Source: Candidatus Bathyarchaeia archaeon
GTDB lineage: Archaea; Thermoproteota; Bathyarchaeia; Bathyarchaeales; Bathycorpusculaceae
Length of the DNA: 64,000 bases
Assembly: GCA_050010755.1 (NCBI GenBank)
Contig: JBEKKK010000004.1
Span: 96,001-160,000 of the forward strand
Reading direction: 5' to 3'
Made by a program: the position numbers and the translations under genes. Below the pieces are notes generated by a model. The model was not told the DNA's origin. It did no database searches and was given only the letters and a program-made list of their open reading frames with translations. Below, in pieces: positions 1 to 9,818 of the stretch (position 1 is the first letter of the stretch; each line of letters opens with the position of its first letter).

Positions 1-299
1 CATACCGCCGCGAGACCGAACTCCTAGGCACGGGACTTGAGACAGCAAAGAAGGAATTGGATGATGTCCAATACGCGGTTAACCAGCTTTCTAACGATGA
101 AGTGAGTATGGAGCAAGACGCTGAACCGCCACAAATCCAAGCCCCGGAACCAGAGGTGCAGTTTTCGGAAGAAGCTCCAAAAACGACGGAAAATGAACAG
201 ACTGAACCTGTGCAGGCCGTGGTGGAGACAATCCAGTGCAAAGAAGAACCACAACATCCTGAGACAGAAGCCAAAGCAGAAGAGAACCAGCAAGCTTAA
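1..299 (+). CDS. C-terminal part of a CdvA-like coiled-coil protein with acidic Glu/Gln/Pro-rich tail (5'-truncated by window)
   Basis: Frame is open from position 3: YRRETELLGTGLETAKKELDDVQYAVNQL, then a low-complexity acidic tail. Resembles the segment after the EIxHxxGEV motif of CdvA-type coiled coils. Followed by a T-rich tract. Confidence 0.55.
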   Translation, partial: YRRETELLGTGLETAKKELDDVQYAVNQLSNDEVSMEQDAEPPQIQAPEPEVQFSEEAPKTTENEQTEPVQAVVETIQCKEEPQHPETEAKAEENQQA

Positions 300-316
300 C
301 TGTCAACAAAAGCCTC

Positions 317-330
317 TCCCCTCTTTTTTC
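317..330 (+). terminator. Putative oligo-T archaeal terminator
   Basis: TCCCCTCTTTTTTC about 20 nt after the stop at 299. Confidence 0.45.
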
Positions 331-407
331 CTTCTCTCAGCAGAAAAAGTTCTTTGCATACGGTTTTATATCCCGCGAAATTCACCTCGGTTTGAGCGCG
401 GAGCCGT

Positions 408-1505
408 TTGATCCAGAAGACAGTGATAAGCTTCAACGAAAAGCTCACCCAGTACGACTTGGGCGAAGGCCACCCTTTCAGAGGCGACCGCTTCATCAAC
501 GCCATGAAATTCTTCGAAAACCAAGGCCTGTTCCGAATGCCTGAGGTTACCCTAATCCAGCCCGAACCCGCAACAAAAAAGGACTTGCTGAGAGTTCACG
601 ACCGTGACTACGTAAATCTTATCTTCAACTTGGCCAAGGAAAGCAGGCGATACGACATCGAGACTCCGGTATCTCCGACGATTCTTGAAGGTGCACTGCT
701 CATCTCTGGTAGCGCGGTGTTATGCGGCAAGACGATTCTTGAAAACGGAGCAAAGCTAGCCGTCTCTCTGGGCGGCGGCCATCACCATGCGGGAAGAAAC
801 TACGGCGGCGGGTTCTGTCTCTTCAACGATGTCGCCGTCTTAGTTGAATATTTGAGGGCCAAACACGGCATTGAACGGTTTCTGATATTGGATCACGATG
901 TCCACTTTGGAAACGGCACGAGCGACATCTACTATCGAGATCCCACGGTGCTCTACATCTCTCTGCACCAAGACCCATGCACGCTTTATCCGGGAACGGG
1001 ATTCGTATGGCAAATCGGACAAGACGCAGGAGAGGGCTATAACGTGAACGTCCCCTTGCCGCCGGGCACAGGCGACGACACGTACCTCTATGCCTTGAAT
1101 GAAGTCTTCGTTCCCATGGCGGAGGAGTTTAAACCTCAAATCATCATCGCGAACGGTGGAAGCGATCCCCATTTCGAAGACAGTCTGGGGAGCTTGGCCC
1201 TAACTGCCAAGGGCTTCTTTGAATTGGCCCGAATCGTCAGGAACACAGCTGACAGAGTTTGCGATGGAAAACTGGTGCTAATGCCAGGAAGCGGGTACAA
1301 CCCGGAAATCCTGCCACTCTGCTGGTACGCGCTTGTCGCGGGAGCAGCCTGCCTTGTCAAAATAGATGTTAAAGAGAATCATCCAGCGCCCGTGGAACCT
1401 TTTCATTGTCGCGGAACAGTTGAAAAAACGATTGATGAGTTGAAGAGACTGTTGAGGAAAAACTGGGCATGCTTCGGCGGCTTCACAATATCCGGCGTCC
1501 AGTAG
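408..1505 (+). CDS. Zn-dependent histone deacetylase / AcuC-like deacetylase
   Basis: Motifs GHP, GGHHHA, GGFCLFND, DHDVHFGNGT, SLHQ..YPGTG, NVPLPPG, GSDPH..D and GSGY. TTG start. Confidence 0.92.
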   Translation: MIQKTVISFNEKLTQYDLGEGHPFRGDRFINAMKFFENQGLFRMPEVTLIQPEPATKKDLLRVHDRDYVNLIFNLAKESRRYDIETPVSPTILEGALLISGSAVLCGKTILENGAKLAVSLGGGHHHAGRNYGGGFCLFNDVAVLVEYLRAKHGIERFLILDHDVHFGNGTSDIYYRDPTVLYISLHQDPCTLYPGTGFVWQIGQDAGEGYNVNVPLPPGTGDDTYLYALNEVFVPMAEEFKPQIIIANGGSDPHFEDSLGSLALTAKGFFELARIVRNTADRVCDGKLVLMPGSGYNPEILPLCWYALVAGAACLVKIDVKENHPAPVEPFHCRGTVEKTIDELKRLLRKNWACFGGFTISGVQ

Positions 1506-1616
1506 CGCCGCAAAATCACAGGGGCAAGCATAAATCCTTTCAGAGAGCGCGTCCCAATCGCTACAGTAACCGCTATTAATGGATTATTCATAGAATAGCA
1601 TCGAGAATGATTCCCC

Positions 1617-2756
1617 ATGGATAGCGTGGAAAAGATACGTGAGCAGTTTCCAGTGACCAGGAAGAAAGTCTTCTTGAACCATGCCGCGGAGTCTCCGTTT
1701 CCGAAACCTGTGGCTGAAGCCGTTAAGAAATACGCGACCGAGTTCTCAAGCACTGGCAGAACCTCGATTGACTGTGAAGATAGCGGTAAACTCTGCTTCG
1801 GGAGACTAGTAGGAGCGAAACCTGGAGAAATAGCCCTGGTCGAGAACACGTCCGTGGGGCTTAACATAGCTGCAAACGTCCTTGACTACCCGCATGGCTC
1901 AAAAGTCGTCACTACGGATCTCGAATATCCCTCGGTGGTCTATCCTTGGCTACGCAAAAGCCTAGGCGTCAAAGTCCAGTACGTGAAGAATGTTGGCGGA
2001 AGAATACTTTTGGACGACATGGAGAAAGCTGTGGATGATAAGACCGTGGCCGTCGCAATAAGCCACGTTGAATACTCAAACGGCTTCCGCAATGACCTGA
2101 GGGTTTTGAGCGAAATAGTCCATGAGCACGGAGCCTACCTCATCGTTGACGCGATACAATCAGTGGGCACGATGCATCTGGACGTTAAACGCGACGACGT
2201 TGATTTCTTGATGGCCGCCTGCTACAAGTGGCTACTGAGTCCTCACGGCGCCGCATACCTCTACGTAAAGGACGAGCTGATAGAAAAGTTTGAGCCACCA
2301 TTCGTCGGCTGGGCAAGCGTCAAACAAGAAACGTTCGACACCGCTGATTTCTACGACATCTGGAAACTGAACCTCTCGAAAACCGCGAGCCGCTTCGAAG
2401 TCGGCACACCCTGCACGATAAGCTTCGTAGGCGCAAGAGAAGCAATGAAAATGCTGCTCAACTACGGAATCGACAACGTTCGAAAGAGAATCGTGAAACT
2501 GACGGATCGACTAATAGAAGCTGCAAAAGATTTGGGGCTCAAGCTTCAAACCCCTGAAGAAAAGCAGTCCCGCTCCGGCATAGTTAACTTCAAGATTGAT
2601 AAACCTCAGAAACTCGTTGAAAAACTGGCCAGGAAGGGAATAGTTGTGTCCGCCCGAGCAAACGGAATACGGGTCTCACCGCACTTCTACAACACCGAAG
2701 AAGAAATCGACTCGCTGATGAAAGAAACCGGACGATGGTTAACCTCCAATGGCTAG
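1617..2756 (+). CDS. PLP-dependent aminotransferase class V (SufS/kynureninase-like fold)
   Basis: FLNHAAESP, VDAIQSVG, PLP-lysine motif CYKWLLSPHG, RFEVGTP, IRVSPHFYNT. No obvious persulfide-Cys loop. Confidence 0.88.
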   Translation: MDSVEKIREQFPVTRKKVFLNHAAESPFPKPVAEAVKKYATEFSSTGRTSIDCEDSGKLCFGRLVGAKPGEIALVENTSVGLNIAANVLDYPHGSKVVTTDLEYPSVVYPWLRKSLGVKVQYVKNVGGRILLDDMEKAVDDKTVAVAISHVEYSNGFRNDLRVLSEIVHEHGAYLIVDAIQSVGTMHLDVKRDDVDFLMAACYKWLLSPHGAAYLYVKDELIEKFEPPFVGWASVKQETFDTADFYDIWKLNLSKTASRFEVGTPCTISFVGAREAMKMLLNYGIDNVRKRIVKLTDRLIEAAKDLGLKLQTPEEKQSRSGIVNFKIDKPQKLVEKLARKGIVVSARANGIRVSPHFYNTEEEIDSLMKETGRWLTSNG

Positions 2757-3540
2757 TATCGAAGAAATCAACGAGACAAACAAACCGCCATTCATAGAAT
2801 CTCTCAAGCCAGACTTTATCAGACACGTCTTCGCCATCTACGACCTGCAAAAAGATCCGCAACACACGACGGCTTATGCTGCTTTTGAGAACGGTAAGCT
2901 TGAAGGCTACATCCTACTCTACACGGCTGCAGACGTTCCAAGCGTGGTTCTAGAAGGCGAAAACGACGTGGCAGAGAAACTGCTTGAACACGCTCCGCAC
3001 GGCAAGTTCATCATTCACGCACCACCAAACCTGCTTCCAGCAATAAAGAAGCGGTTCCCAGATGCAAATCACTATTTCGAAGATTGGATGCTAGTCAGGA
3101 AGAACGAAGCCAGGTTTTTCGAGTCAGGACTGGTGAGACGGCTCCGCACCGAAGAAGACGCTGCGAAACTGGCTGATCTTCTTCTCAGCCGAGCAGATCG
3201 CCCTCCGAACTCGAGAACGAAATATGCGGAATGGATAAGCAGGACGCCCCTCTACGGCGTCTTCAAAGAAGACCGACTCGTTTCCTATGCAGGGTCATTC
3301 ATTCAACTCCCGCAAGTTTGGCTCATTGGAGGGGTCTACACCGATCCGGAACACAGAAACAACGGTTATGCAACCTTAGCAACGTCCGCCATTACCAAGG
3401 AAGCATTGGAGACGGCTGAAGCGGCAGCTCTTTTTGCAAGGGCAGACAATCAACCGGCAATAAGAGCTTACGGAAAAATTGGTTACAGAAAGATAGGGGA
3501 AAAAGTCTGGACGGATGTTGGAACTGGCCTGAGGCCCTAG
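2749..3540 (+). CDS. GNAT-family N-acetyltransferase
   Basis: C-terminal GNAT motif A GVYTDPEHRNNGYAT and NxxAIRAYxKIGY. Overlaps the upstream stop (operonic). Confidence 0.88.
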   Translation: MASIEEINETNKPPFIESLKPDFIRHVFAIYDLQKDPQHTTAYAAFENGKLEGYILLYTAADVPSVVLEGENDVAEKLLEHAPHGKFIIHAPPNLLPAIKKRFPDANHYFEDWMLVRKNEARFFESGLVRRLRTEEDAAKLADLLLSRADRPPNSRTKYAEWISRTPLYGVFKEDRLVSYAGSFIQLPQVWLIGGVYTDPEHRNNGYATLATSAITKEALETAEAAALFARADNQPAIRAYGKIGYRKIGEKVWTDVGTGLRP

Positions 3541-4277
3541 GCGCGCTTCTCGAGAAGATCTTTTAGCAGTTTTATCGCCGACCACGCGGCAAGCGCGCTC
3601 GTTTTGGGATTCTCAGGATGTGGATCGTTCTCAAACTTTAGATGCATGTCGCCGTGCACCCATTTGACCATTATCTCATGCGTGTTTCTTCTGGTCTTAG
3701 GGTCTGAAATCAACTTGACCATCAGTCTGTCACGCGGAACTGTCAGTGCCAGAGTGGCCGCAACGTTCATCTCTCGCGGAAAACGGTGAACCGCCTCTTG
3801 CGCATTTCCCTCGTACACCAGTTTCTCTTGCTCGTTGTCCATGTCCAAGGTCTTGGGGTGTTTTCTAGTGGTCAAGACAACCTGTTCGACTCCGGCAAGT
3901 GCAGCGCTCGAAATAGCGTCTAACCCTCCGATGGCTCCCGAAGGCGTGTGAATCCTGTCACTCTTCAAGTTGTAATCCAGAAGGGCGCCTACACTCATGA
4001 CTATCAGTTCGATGTTGTTGTCGACGATTGGGCCTATGTATTCTCGGGCAGCTTCTTGCGATGCAGCTTCAACGATGACTGCAGGATGCGATCTGAGCAT
4101 TTCGTCGAGGTTCGGCACGACTCTGGTCGCAACGTTCAATGATTGTTGGAGGCGTTCCGCCTTTTCCAAGTCATGGTCGAAAAGAATCAACTCGTCAACG
4201 TCGACGATTCCTTTTTCAGCCGCCTCAGCGATTAATGAGCCGATTGCGCCGCAACCGATTATTCCGACTCTTTTCAA
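3537..4277 (-). CDS. nadX: L-aspartate dehydrogenase (NAD biosynthesis)
   Basis: Rossmann GIIGCGAIG, VEAAS, MSVGAL, PSGAIGGLD, TTRKHP, FPxxxNVA, NPKTSALAA. Confidence 0.88.
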   Translation of the reverse strand: MKRVGIIGCGAIGSLIAEAAEKGIVDVDELILFDHDLEKAERLQQSLNVATRVVPNLDEMLRSHPAVIVEAASQEAAREYIGPIVDNNIELIVMSVGALLDYNLKSDRIHTPSGAIGGLDAISSAALAGVEQVVLTTRKHPKTLDMDNEQEKLVYEGNAQEAVHRFPREMNVAATLALTVPRDRLMVKLISDPKTRRNTHEIMVKWVHGDMHLKFENDPHPENPKTSALAAWSAIKLLKDLLEKRA

Positions 4278-4295
4278 CTTGGACCAGCTTCTCAG

Positions 4296-6761
4296 TTACT
4301 GTGAGTATTCTGCATTGAAATGGATGTCGTAGGGTTTGACTTCTCGTCCCTCGCCTTTGTCAGGCAACACTGAAATGTCAACGGCTTTGCAGGCTCCAGC
4401 TATGTCGTCTTGGCCCAGTGTTATCATTTCTGCAACGGTTTTTTCGCCGGCATGGATTGTCAATCTTGTAATCTTTGAGTTGAGTGGCAAGTGCTTTTCG
4501 GCTTTTTCTCTTCGGACTTCTCCTATTATTGCTACGACAATATCTCCCTGCTTTTCAGCTTCTTCATCAATGAGTTTTTCATCGGTTGTCGGCCAGTGTG
4601 AAACATGTATGCTTTGGAAGTTCTTCGGGTCGGCATACAGGGTCTGGAATATCTCCTCAGTAATATGGGGTATTATGGGTGCAAGTAGTTTCAGAGCCTT
4701 TTCGAGAACAACATAAAGCGTGTACTGGGCGGCCCTCTTCTTTTCTTGCCCGTAGGCTTCGGGGTTGTACAGTCTGTCTTTCACGGCTTCCAAGTAGCAG
4801 TCGCAGAATGTGTGCCAGGTGAAATTGCGAATCTCCTCCAAGGCAATGTTGAACTGACACTTCTCGAGCGCATCCGTGACTTTCCCTGTTAATTTCTCAC
4901 ACTTGCTCAAAACCCATTTGTCCAACGGTTGCAGAACTGGGAATCCATTGTCACCAGGAGTGTAGTCTTTGAGCAGCTTGCTCACAAAGCCCGCAGCGTT
5001 CCATAGCTTAATCAGAAAACGCCAGCCATAATCCACGTCGGGCCATCGGAACGGTATGTCTGAACCCGTGGTTCCGCCGCCAGCAGCCCATTGCCTAGCG
5101 GCATCAGCTCCGCGTTTGTCCAATACTTCGGGGGTGGCAACGTAGTTCTTCAGTGATTTGCTCATTTTTCTGCCATCCGCGCCCAAGACCATGCCGTTGA
5201 TCAGACAGCTCTTATACGGAGCCTCGTCGAACAACGCCAAGTGTCTGACCATCAAGTAATATGCCCAAGTGCGTATGATGTCAATGCCAGATGGATGCAC
5301 ATCCGCTGGGAACAGTCTTTTCCAATCTCTTCTATCTGGCCAACCCGCGTGGACAGCGCATGATATCGATGAATCCATCCACGTGTCAAAAACGTCAAAC
5401 TCCGGAACAAATTCTGACGAACCGCACTTTGGACACTGCTTTATTCTTGGCTTTTCCGTCTTCGGATCGATTGGAACCCAATCCTGTTCAGCCAGAATCG
5501 TTTCATCGCACTTCTTGCAGTACCATATGGGTATCGGCGTGCCGAAAACTCTTTGTCTACTGATAACCCAGTCCCAGTCCAAGGAACGAGCCCAGTCAAT
5601 CAGACGAACTTTCATGTAGTCAGGATACCACAACACCTTGTTAGCCGCGTTCTCCACTTTGTCCGTTAGTATGCGCGTTTTCATGAACCATTGCGGAAGC
5701 TCGAGGATCTCCACTGGCGAATCACATCTATCACACAGGCCTATTTCCTGTTTGATGCTCAACGTCTTTTCTAATAGGCCGTCTTCCGCGAGATCGGCAA
5801 CGATAGCCCTCCTCGCCTCAATGGAGGTCAGACCAGCATATTTTCCGCCGTTCTTGTTTATCTTTCCGTCTCCAGTTAGGATGATGGTGACTGGGAGTTT
5901 GTGGCGAATCACCGTTTTGACATCGGCCTTGTCCCCGTAGGTGCATATCATGACAGCACCCGTGCCGAATGAGGGGTCAACCGTCTCGTCAAAAACTACG
6001 GGCACCGTACGCTGCGTTTCTGGAACCTTCAGCTTCTTATCTTTGTACTTTGAGAATCTCGCGTCTTCAGGATGAACTGCAACTGCTACGCATGCCGGTA
6101 ACAATTCGGGACGCGTTGTTGCTATTGGAACGTATTCGTCGCTGCCCTCGACCGAAAATTTTAGGAAGTGTAAGGTGCCGTTTCGCTGCTCGTAATTCAC
6201 TTCGGCGTCAGCGATGGCAGTCTCGCAACGCGGGCACCAGTTAACTGGATGTGTACCTTTATACATGAAACCTTTCTTGTACAAGAGTATAAAGCTGAGC
6301 TGCGTTCTTCTCCAATAGTCTGGATCCATCGTCCGATATTCTAATGACCAGTCATTGCTGCACCCGAGCCTCATAATGCCCTCTTTCATTATCGCAATAT
6401 ACTTATTGACAAGTTTTTCACAGAGTTGTCGAAACTTGTCTGGGGACACCTCCCTTTTCTTAATCCCATTCTCTTTTTCAGCTTGAACTTCGATGCCCAA
6501 TCCATGACAATCCCAACCCTGAGGAAAATGAACGTTGAAACCATTCATCCGCTTAAACCGTGCTAAAATGTCAAAATAGGTCCAGTTCAAAAGATTTCCC
6601 ATATGAAGATCGCCCGACGGATAAGGAGGCGGTGTGTCAACACTAAAACTGGGCCTTGCTCTGTCCTTCCAATCAAAGCGATAGATCCCCACTTCTTCCC
6701 ATTTGCCCTGCCATTTCTTCTCTATCGCCAAAATGTCGAGTTCCCTTGGCAGCTCTCTCAT
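4296..6761 (-). CDS. valS: Valine--tRNA ligase
   Basis: DTPPPYPSGDLHMGN (HIGH variant), ATTRPEL, GTGAVMIC, DWVISRQR, DTWMDSS, KMSKS. 821 aa, archaeal type. Confidence 0.95.
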   Translation of the reverse strand: MRELPRELDILAIEKKWQGKWEEVGIYRFDWKDRARPSFSVDTPPPYPSGDLHMGNLLNWTYFDILARFKRMNGFNVHFPQGWDCHGLGIEVQAEKENGIKKREVSPDKFRQLCEKLVNKYIAIMKEGIMRLGCSNDWSLEYRTMDPDYWRRTQLSFILLYKKGFMYKGTHPVNWCPRCETAIADAEVNYEQRNGTLHFLKFSVEGSDEYVPIATTRPELLPACVAVAVHPEDARFSKYKDKKLKVPETQRTVPVVFDETVDPSFGTGAVMICTYGDKADVKTVIRHKLPVTIILTGDGKINKNGGKYAGLTSIEARRAIVADLAEDGLLEKTLSIKQEIGLCDRCDSPVEILELPQWFMKTRILTDKVENAANKVLWYPDYMKVRLIDWARSLDWDWVISRQRVFGTPIPIWYCKKCDETILAEQDWVPIDPKTEKPRIKQCPKCGSSEFVPEFDVFDTWMDSSISCAVHAGWPDRRDWKRLFPADVHPSGIDIIRTWAYYLMVRHLALFDEAPYKSCLINGMVLGADGRKMSKSLKNYVATPEVLDKRGADAARQWAAGGGTTGSDIPFRWPDVDYGWRFLIKLWNAAGFVSKLLKDYTPGDNGFPVLQPLDKWVLSKCEKLTGKVTDALEKCQFNIALEEIRNFTWHTFCDCYLEAVKDRLYNPEAYGQEKKRAAQYTLYVVLEKALKLLAPIIPHITEEIFQTLYADPKNFQSIHVSHWPTTDEKLIDEEAEKQGDIVVAIIGEVRREKAEKHLPLNSKITRLTIHAGEKTVAEMITLGQDDIAGACKAVDISVLPDKGEGREVKPYDIHFNAEYSQ

Positions 6762-6974
6762 ATTCTAAGACGACATCCCTTTGTGATTTTCAAGCATTGT
6801 CTAGGAAAAGTAATTGTACCAATAAAAAAGCCTTCTGGACGCCATTTCATTGCCGGGCGAAACAGGATGAAGAAGACTTCCAGTTTTTCTCCTCAAGCTT
6901 TCAAAAGTCAGTTAATTTCAAAAAAGAAAAAGGGGATTTTTGGGGATATGGGTTTGGCTGAGATTCTTGCGAGG

Positions 6975-9818
6975 CTAAAGTCCGAAGTTTCTTTCCACCA
7001 AAGTTAGGTCCAGCATGGTGACTGTGCCGTCCGGCACTAGGTACACTGGGCCGGTGATATCGCAGGTGGGGTTCCAGTTGCTTGAGGTTGAGTTGGAGCC
7101 TAAAGCCCTTGCTACGAGTGCTTGGTCTTTAAGGTTGACTGTGCCGTCGCCGTTTATGTCGCCCACGTACCTTATTGTGAGGTGGCTTACAAGTACGTTG
7201 TTTGCGGTGTTGGCTTCTCCGGGTACAATCGTTGCTTGTGCTGTAACTGTGCAGTTGGCGTTGGGCGTGAAACTTGCCGTGTTCAGCGAGAACGTTTCGT
7301 TGATCGTTGCTCCTGGGGCTAAATTGACGATGTAGAAGGTGTAGGTTGTGATGCTGCCGGTGTCGTTGGCCGTTACTGTCACGTTAAAGGATTCCGTCAC
7401 AGCTCCAAGGTTCGCAGCTACCACGGTGACGTTAGTAGGTTCTCCCTGATAAGCCCATGGGCTGGGAACTTGATGAACTGCTACGGAAGCTGGATAGCCT
7501 GGGAACGAATAGAAAATGTTCGCGATTGCGACGTCGATGAGAGCCCCAATTTGGACTTGTCCACCTGTGAGATAGTTGTTTGTAAGGTTGTATTCGAACG
7601 GAACGTAAGAAGCAAAAGCTGACATTACATACGTGCCCACAGCAAGGCCAGTCGTGTTCCAAACGAACGTCAGGACGGTGTTCGCGCCCGATGCAAGGTT
7701 CACGACTGGAAGATTTCCTATGATAGTGCTGTTGTAGTAGGCCGTTACGTTGAAGTAGGGTTCGGTCAGGTTTCCGAGGTTTGCGGCAGTTACCATTACG
7801 TTGACGAGTGTTCCCTGTACGGTAGAAGAAGTCGAGGGAACAACGCTTGTTATCGCCACATCATGTATTACAGGATATATCGCCACTTGACCGTCCGAAA
7901 GATAGTTGTTTGCGGTGTTGTACTCGCCTGGAAGAATTGTAGCAAAAGCAGATATCGTGTAGTTGCCAACAGGAACGCTGGTCGTGTTCCAAACGAACGC
8001 CAGAACAGTGTTCGCGTTAGATACGAGCCCCGTAACCGGAAGAGTGCCGATGGTGCTATTGTTGTAGTATGCCGTCACGCTGAAGCTTTCTGTCAGGTTT
8101 CCCAAGTTCGCAGCTGTCACGTTAATGTACTCGTTGAGTCCTTGGAACACCCAGCTCGGTGAAACGACGATGTTTGTAACCGCTACGTCAGTTATTATCG
8201 GATACACCGTCACCACACCGTCTATGAAGACGTTGTTGGCCGTGTTGAAGTATATCTCGTACGGCACAATAGAGGCAACGCCGCTCATAGTGTAGTTTCC
8301 AATTGGCACTCCTGTGGTGTCCCATGAAAACGTCAAAGTGCTGCTTGCGCCCGGAGCCAAGTTTGTAACCGTGCTGGTTCCTATGGCTGTGCTGTTGTAG
8401 TACGCGGTCACGTTAAAGGTTTGACTGATGCCCCCTAGGTTTGCGACTGTCACGTTTATGTTTTCAACATATCCTTGGAACACCCAGCTCGTGAATGGTA
8501 CAACATTTGTCACTGCTACGTCTATTACGATGTTGATGAACAGTCCGTTGAACACGTTGTGATCAACAGGATTGCCCAAAGAGTCCAGAAGTTGTGTATT
8601 CGTCAGGTTTATTTGCGATATTCCATAGGAAACGACGAAAAAGCGGATTGTAACCAGAGGCTGCGCCCCAGTGGTGCTGAAGGCTGTTGGATAGGTGAGA
8701 TTGAGCCAAATGGAACCTGACGGATAAATCTCTGCGCTTGCAGTCGGAAGCTCGCCTTGAACTTGAAACAGTTCGATTCCTGCCCATCTTAAGATTGAAG
8801 AGTCATACGTCATGTTAAACCCGCATGATGCGATGTTTGAAGCGTTGGCCAGTGTCACGTTGATGTAGAACATGGATGACGGAACCAATGTTAGGTCCAC
8901 GATGTGCGATGGGTCAACGTACATTGAGGTTCCCGCAAGTGGTGGCATAACCGTTATCACGATGAGGTTTGACTCTGCATTCGCTCCAATATTGTCTGTG
9001 ACATTAAGGTACACACCATACATACCGCTCGCTGCCGGTGTGAAACTCCATGTGCCGAACGTCGCGCCTGACACGGCACTTCCGTTCTGGTACCATTGAA
9101 GCGTGTATGGTGGTGATCCTCCGCTGACCGTGGCGTTAAACTGTACCGATTGGCCGAGGTAAATTGAGGTTGTTGGATACGCAGCTATGGCAACCGACAG
9201 CCCTGTCGGCTGTGGCCCTACGAAACTGTATGCACAGTTGCCTAAGTTGAATCCTGATTCCGCGATGCCAAGTGTATCAAAACCGTAGGAAAAGCCCGGG
9301 TCAAATTGGATAAGGCTAGAGAGCGTAATCCCTGCTCCAGGGGCTCGGGTAATGTTGAATTCTATGATGAACAGACTGCCAAGATTGCTCGTTGCGAGAT
9401 ACGGGTAAAAAGCTGATTCGCCGAAACCACTAGGCTCGCCTATGGTGCCGGCCGTGTTGTTCCAGCTTGGTGGCTCTGAAAGAATGCTCGTCGTGGGAAT
9501 ACCCGAAGTTTGCAGCCACTGGCTTTCTGTTCCTCCTGAGCCACTGAACGTTCCCATCACCACCTGAAGTTGTGATGGGTCGAAAGTCAGCGCAGCGCTC
9601 CAGCCAGAGCTAGTTTCCGTTGTGTTAATCCATCCAGTCACGTTGAACAGTGTCCCGACAGAGGCAGTGCTGATGTTGAAGGCCTCGGTGTCAGGTTGAA
9701 GCCACATTGCAGGTGCTGGCGGTTGAGCCTTCACCGTTAACACGGATATCCGAAGAACGCCTAAAAGCATAGTCATTACAAGAACCGTTGCAAGAAGTCT
9801 ACTCACTTTATGATTCAT
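6975..9818 (-). CDS. Secreted surface glycoprotein: signal peptide, two cohesin-like domains, PKD/Ig-like domain, 3-4 CARDB-like repeats, C-terminal dockerin-like domain
   Basis: N-terminal h-region; cohesin-like FNVTxxI...LTFDPSQLQVV and FYINVT...MTYDSSIL; repeats DVAVTNV...INVTVANLG...FNVTAYYNxTxIGT...FxWNTT; dockerin GDINGDGTVNLKD...DITG..PDGTVTMLD; many N-x-S/T sequons. Confidence 0.8.
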   Translation of the reverse strand: MNHKVSRLLATVLVMTMLLGVLRISVLTVKAQPPAPAMWLQPDTEAFNISTASVGTLFNVTGWINTTETSSGWSAALTFDPSQLQVVMGTFSGSGGTESQWLQTSGIPTTSILSEPPSWNNTAGTIGEPSGFGESAFYPYLATSNLGSLFIIEFNITRAPGAGITLSSLIQFDPGFSYGFDTLGIAESGFNLGNCAYSFVGPQPTGLSVAIAAYPTTSIYLGQSVQFNATVSGGSPPYTLQWYQNGSAVSGATFGTWSFTPAASGMYGVYLNVTDNIGANAESNLIVITVMPPLAGTSMYVDPSHIVDLTLVPSSMFYINVTLANASNIASCGFNMTYDSSILRWAGIELFQVQGELPTASAEIYPSGSIWLNLTYPTAFSTTGAQPLVTIRFFVVSYGISQINLTNTQLLDSLGNPVDHNVFNGLFINIVIDVAVTNVVPFTSWVFQGYVENINVTVANLGGISQTFNVTAYYNSTAIGTSTVTNLAPGASSTLTFSWDTTGVPIGNYTMSGVASIVPYEIYFNTANNVFIDGVVTVYPIITDVAVTNIVVSPSWVFQGLNEYINVTAANLGNLTESFSVTAYYNNSTIGTLPVTGLVSNANTVLAFVWNTTSVPVGNYTISAFATILPGEYNTANNYLSDGQVAIYPVIHDVAITSVVPSTSSTVQGTLVNVMVTAANLGNLTEPYFNVTAYYNSTIIGNLPVVNLASGANTVLTFVWNTTGLAVGTYVMSAFASYVPFEYNLTNNYLTGGQVQIGALIDVAIANIFYSFPGYPASVAVHQVPSPWAYQGEPTNVTVVAANLGAVTESFNVTVTANDTGSITTYTFYIVNLAPGATINETFSLNTASFTPNANCTVTAQATIVPGEANTANNVLVSHLTIRYVGDINGDGTVNLKDQALVARALGSNSTSSNWNPTCDITGPVYLVPDGTVTMLDLTLVERNFGL

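Noticed and set aside
6595-6610. HMGN instead of HIGH in ValRS as a sign of altered function
   Set aside because: Such HIGH variants are common in archaeal ValRS, and all other motifs are intact.
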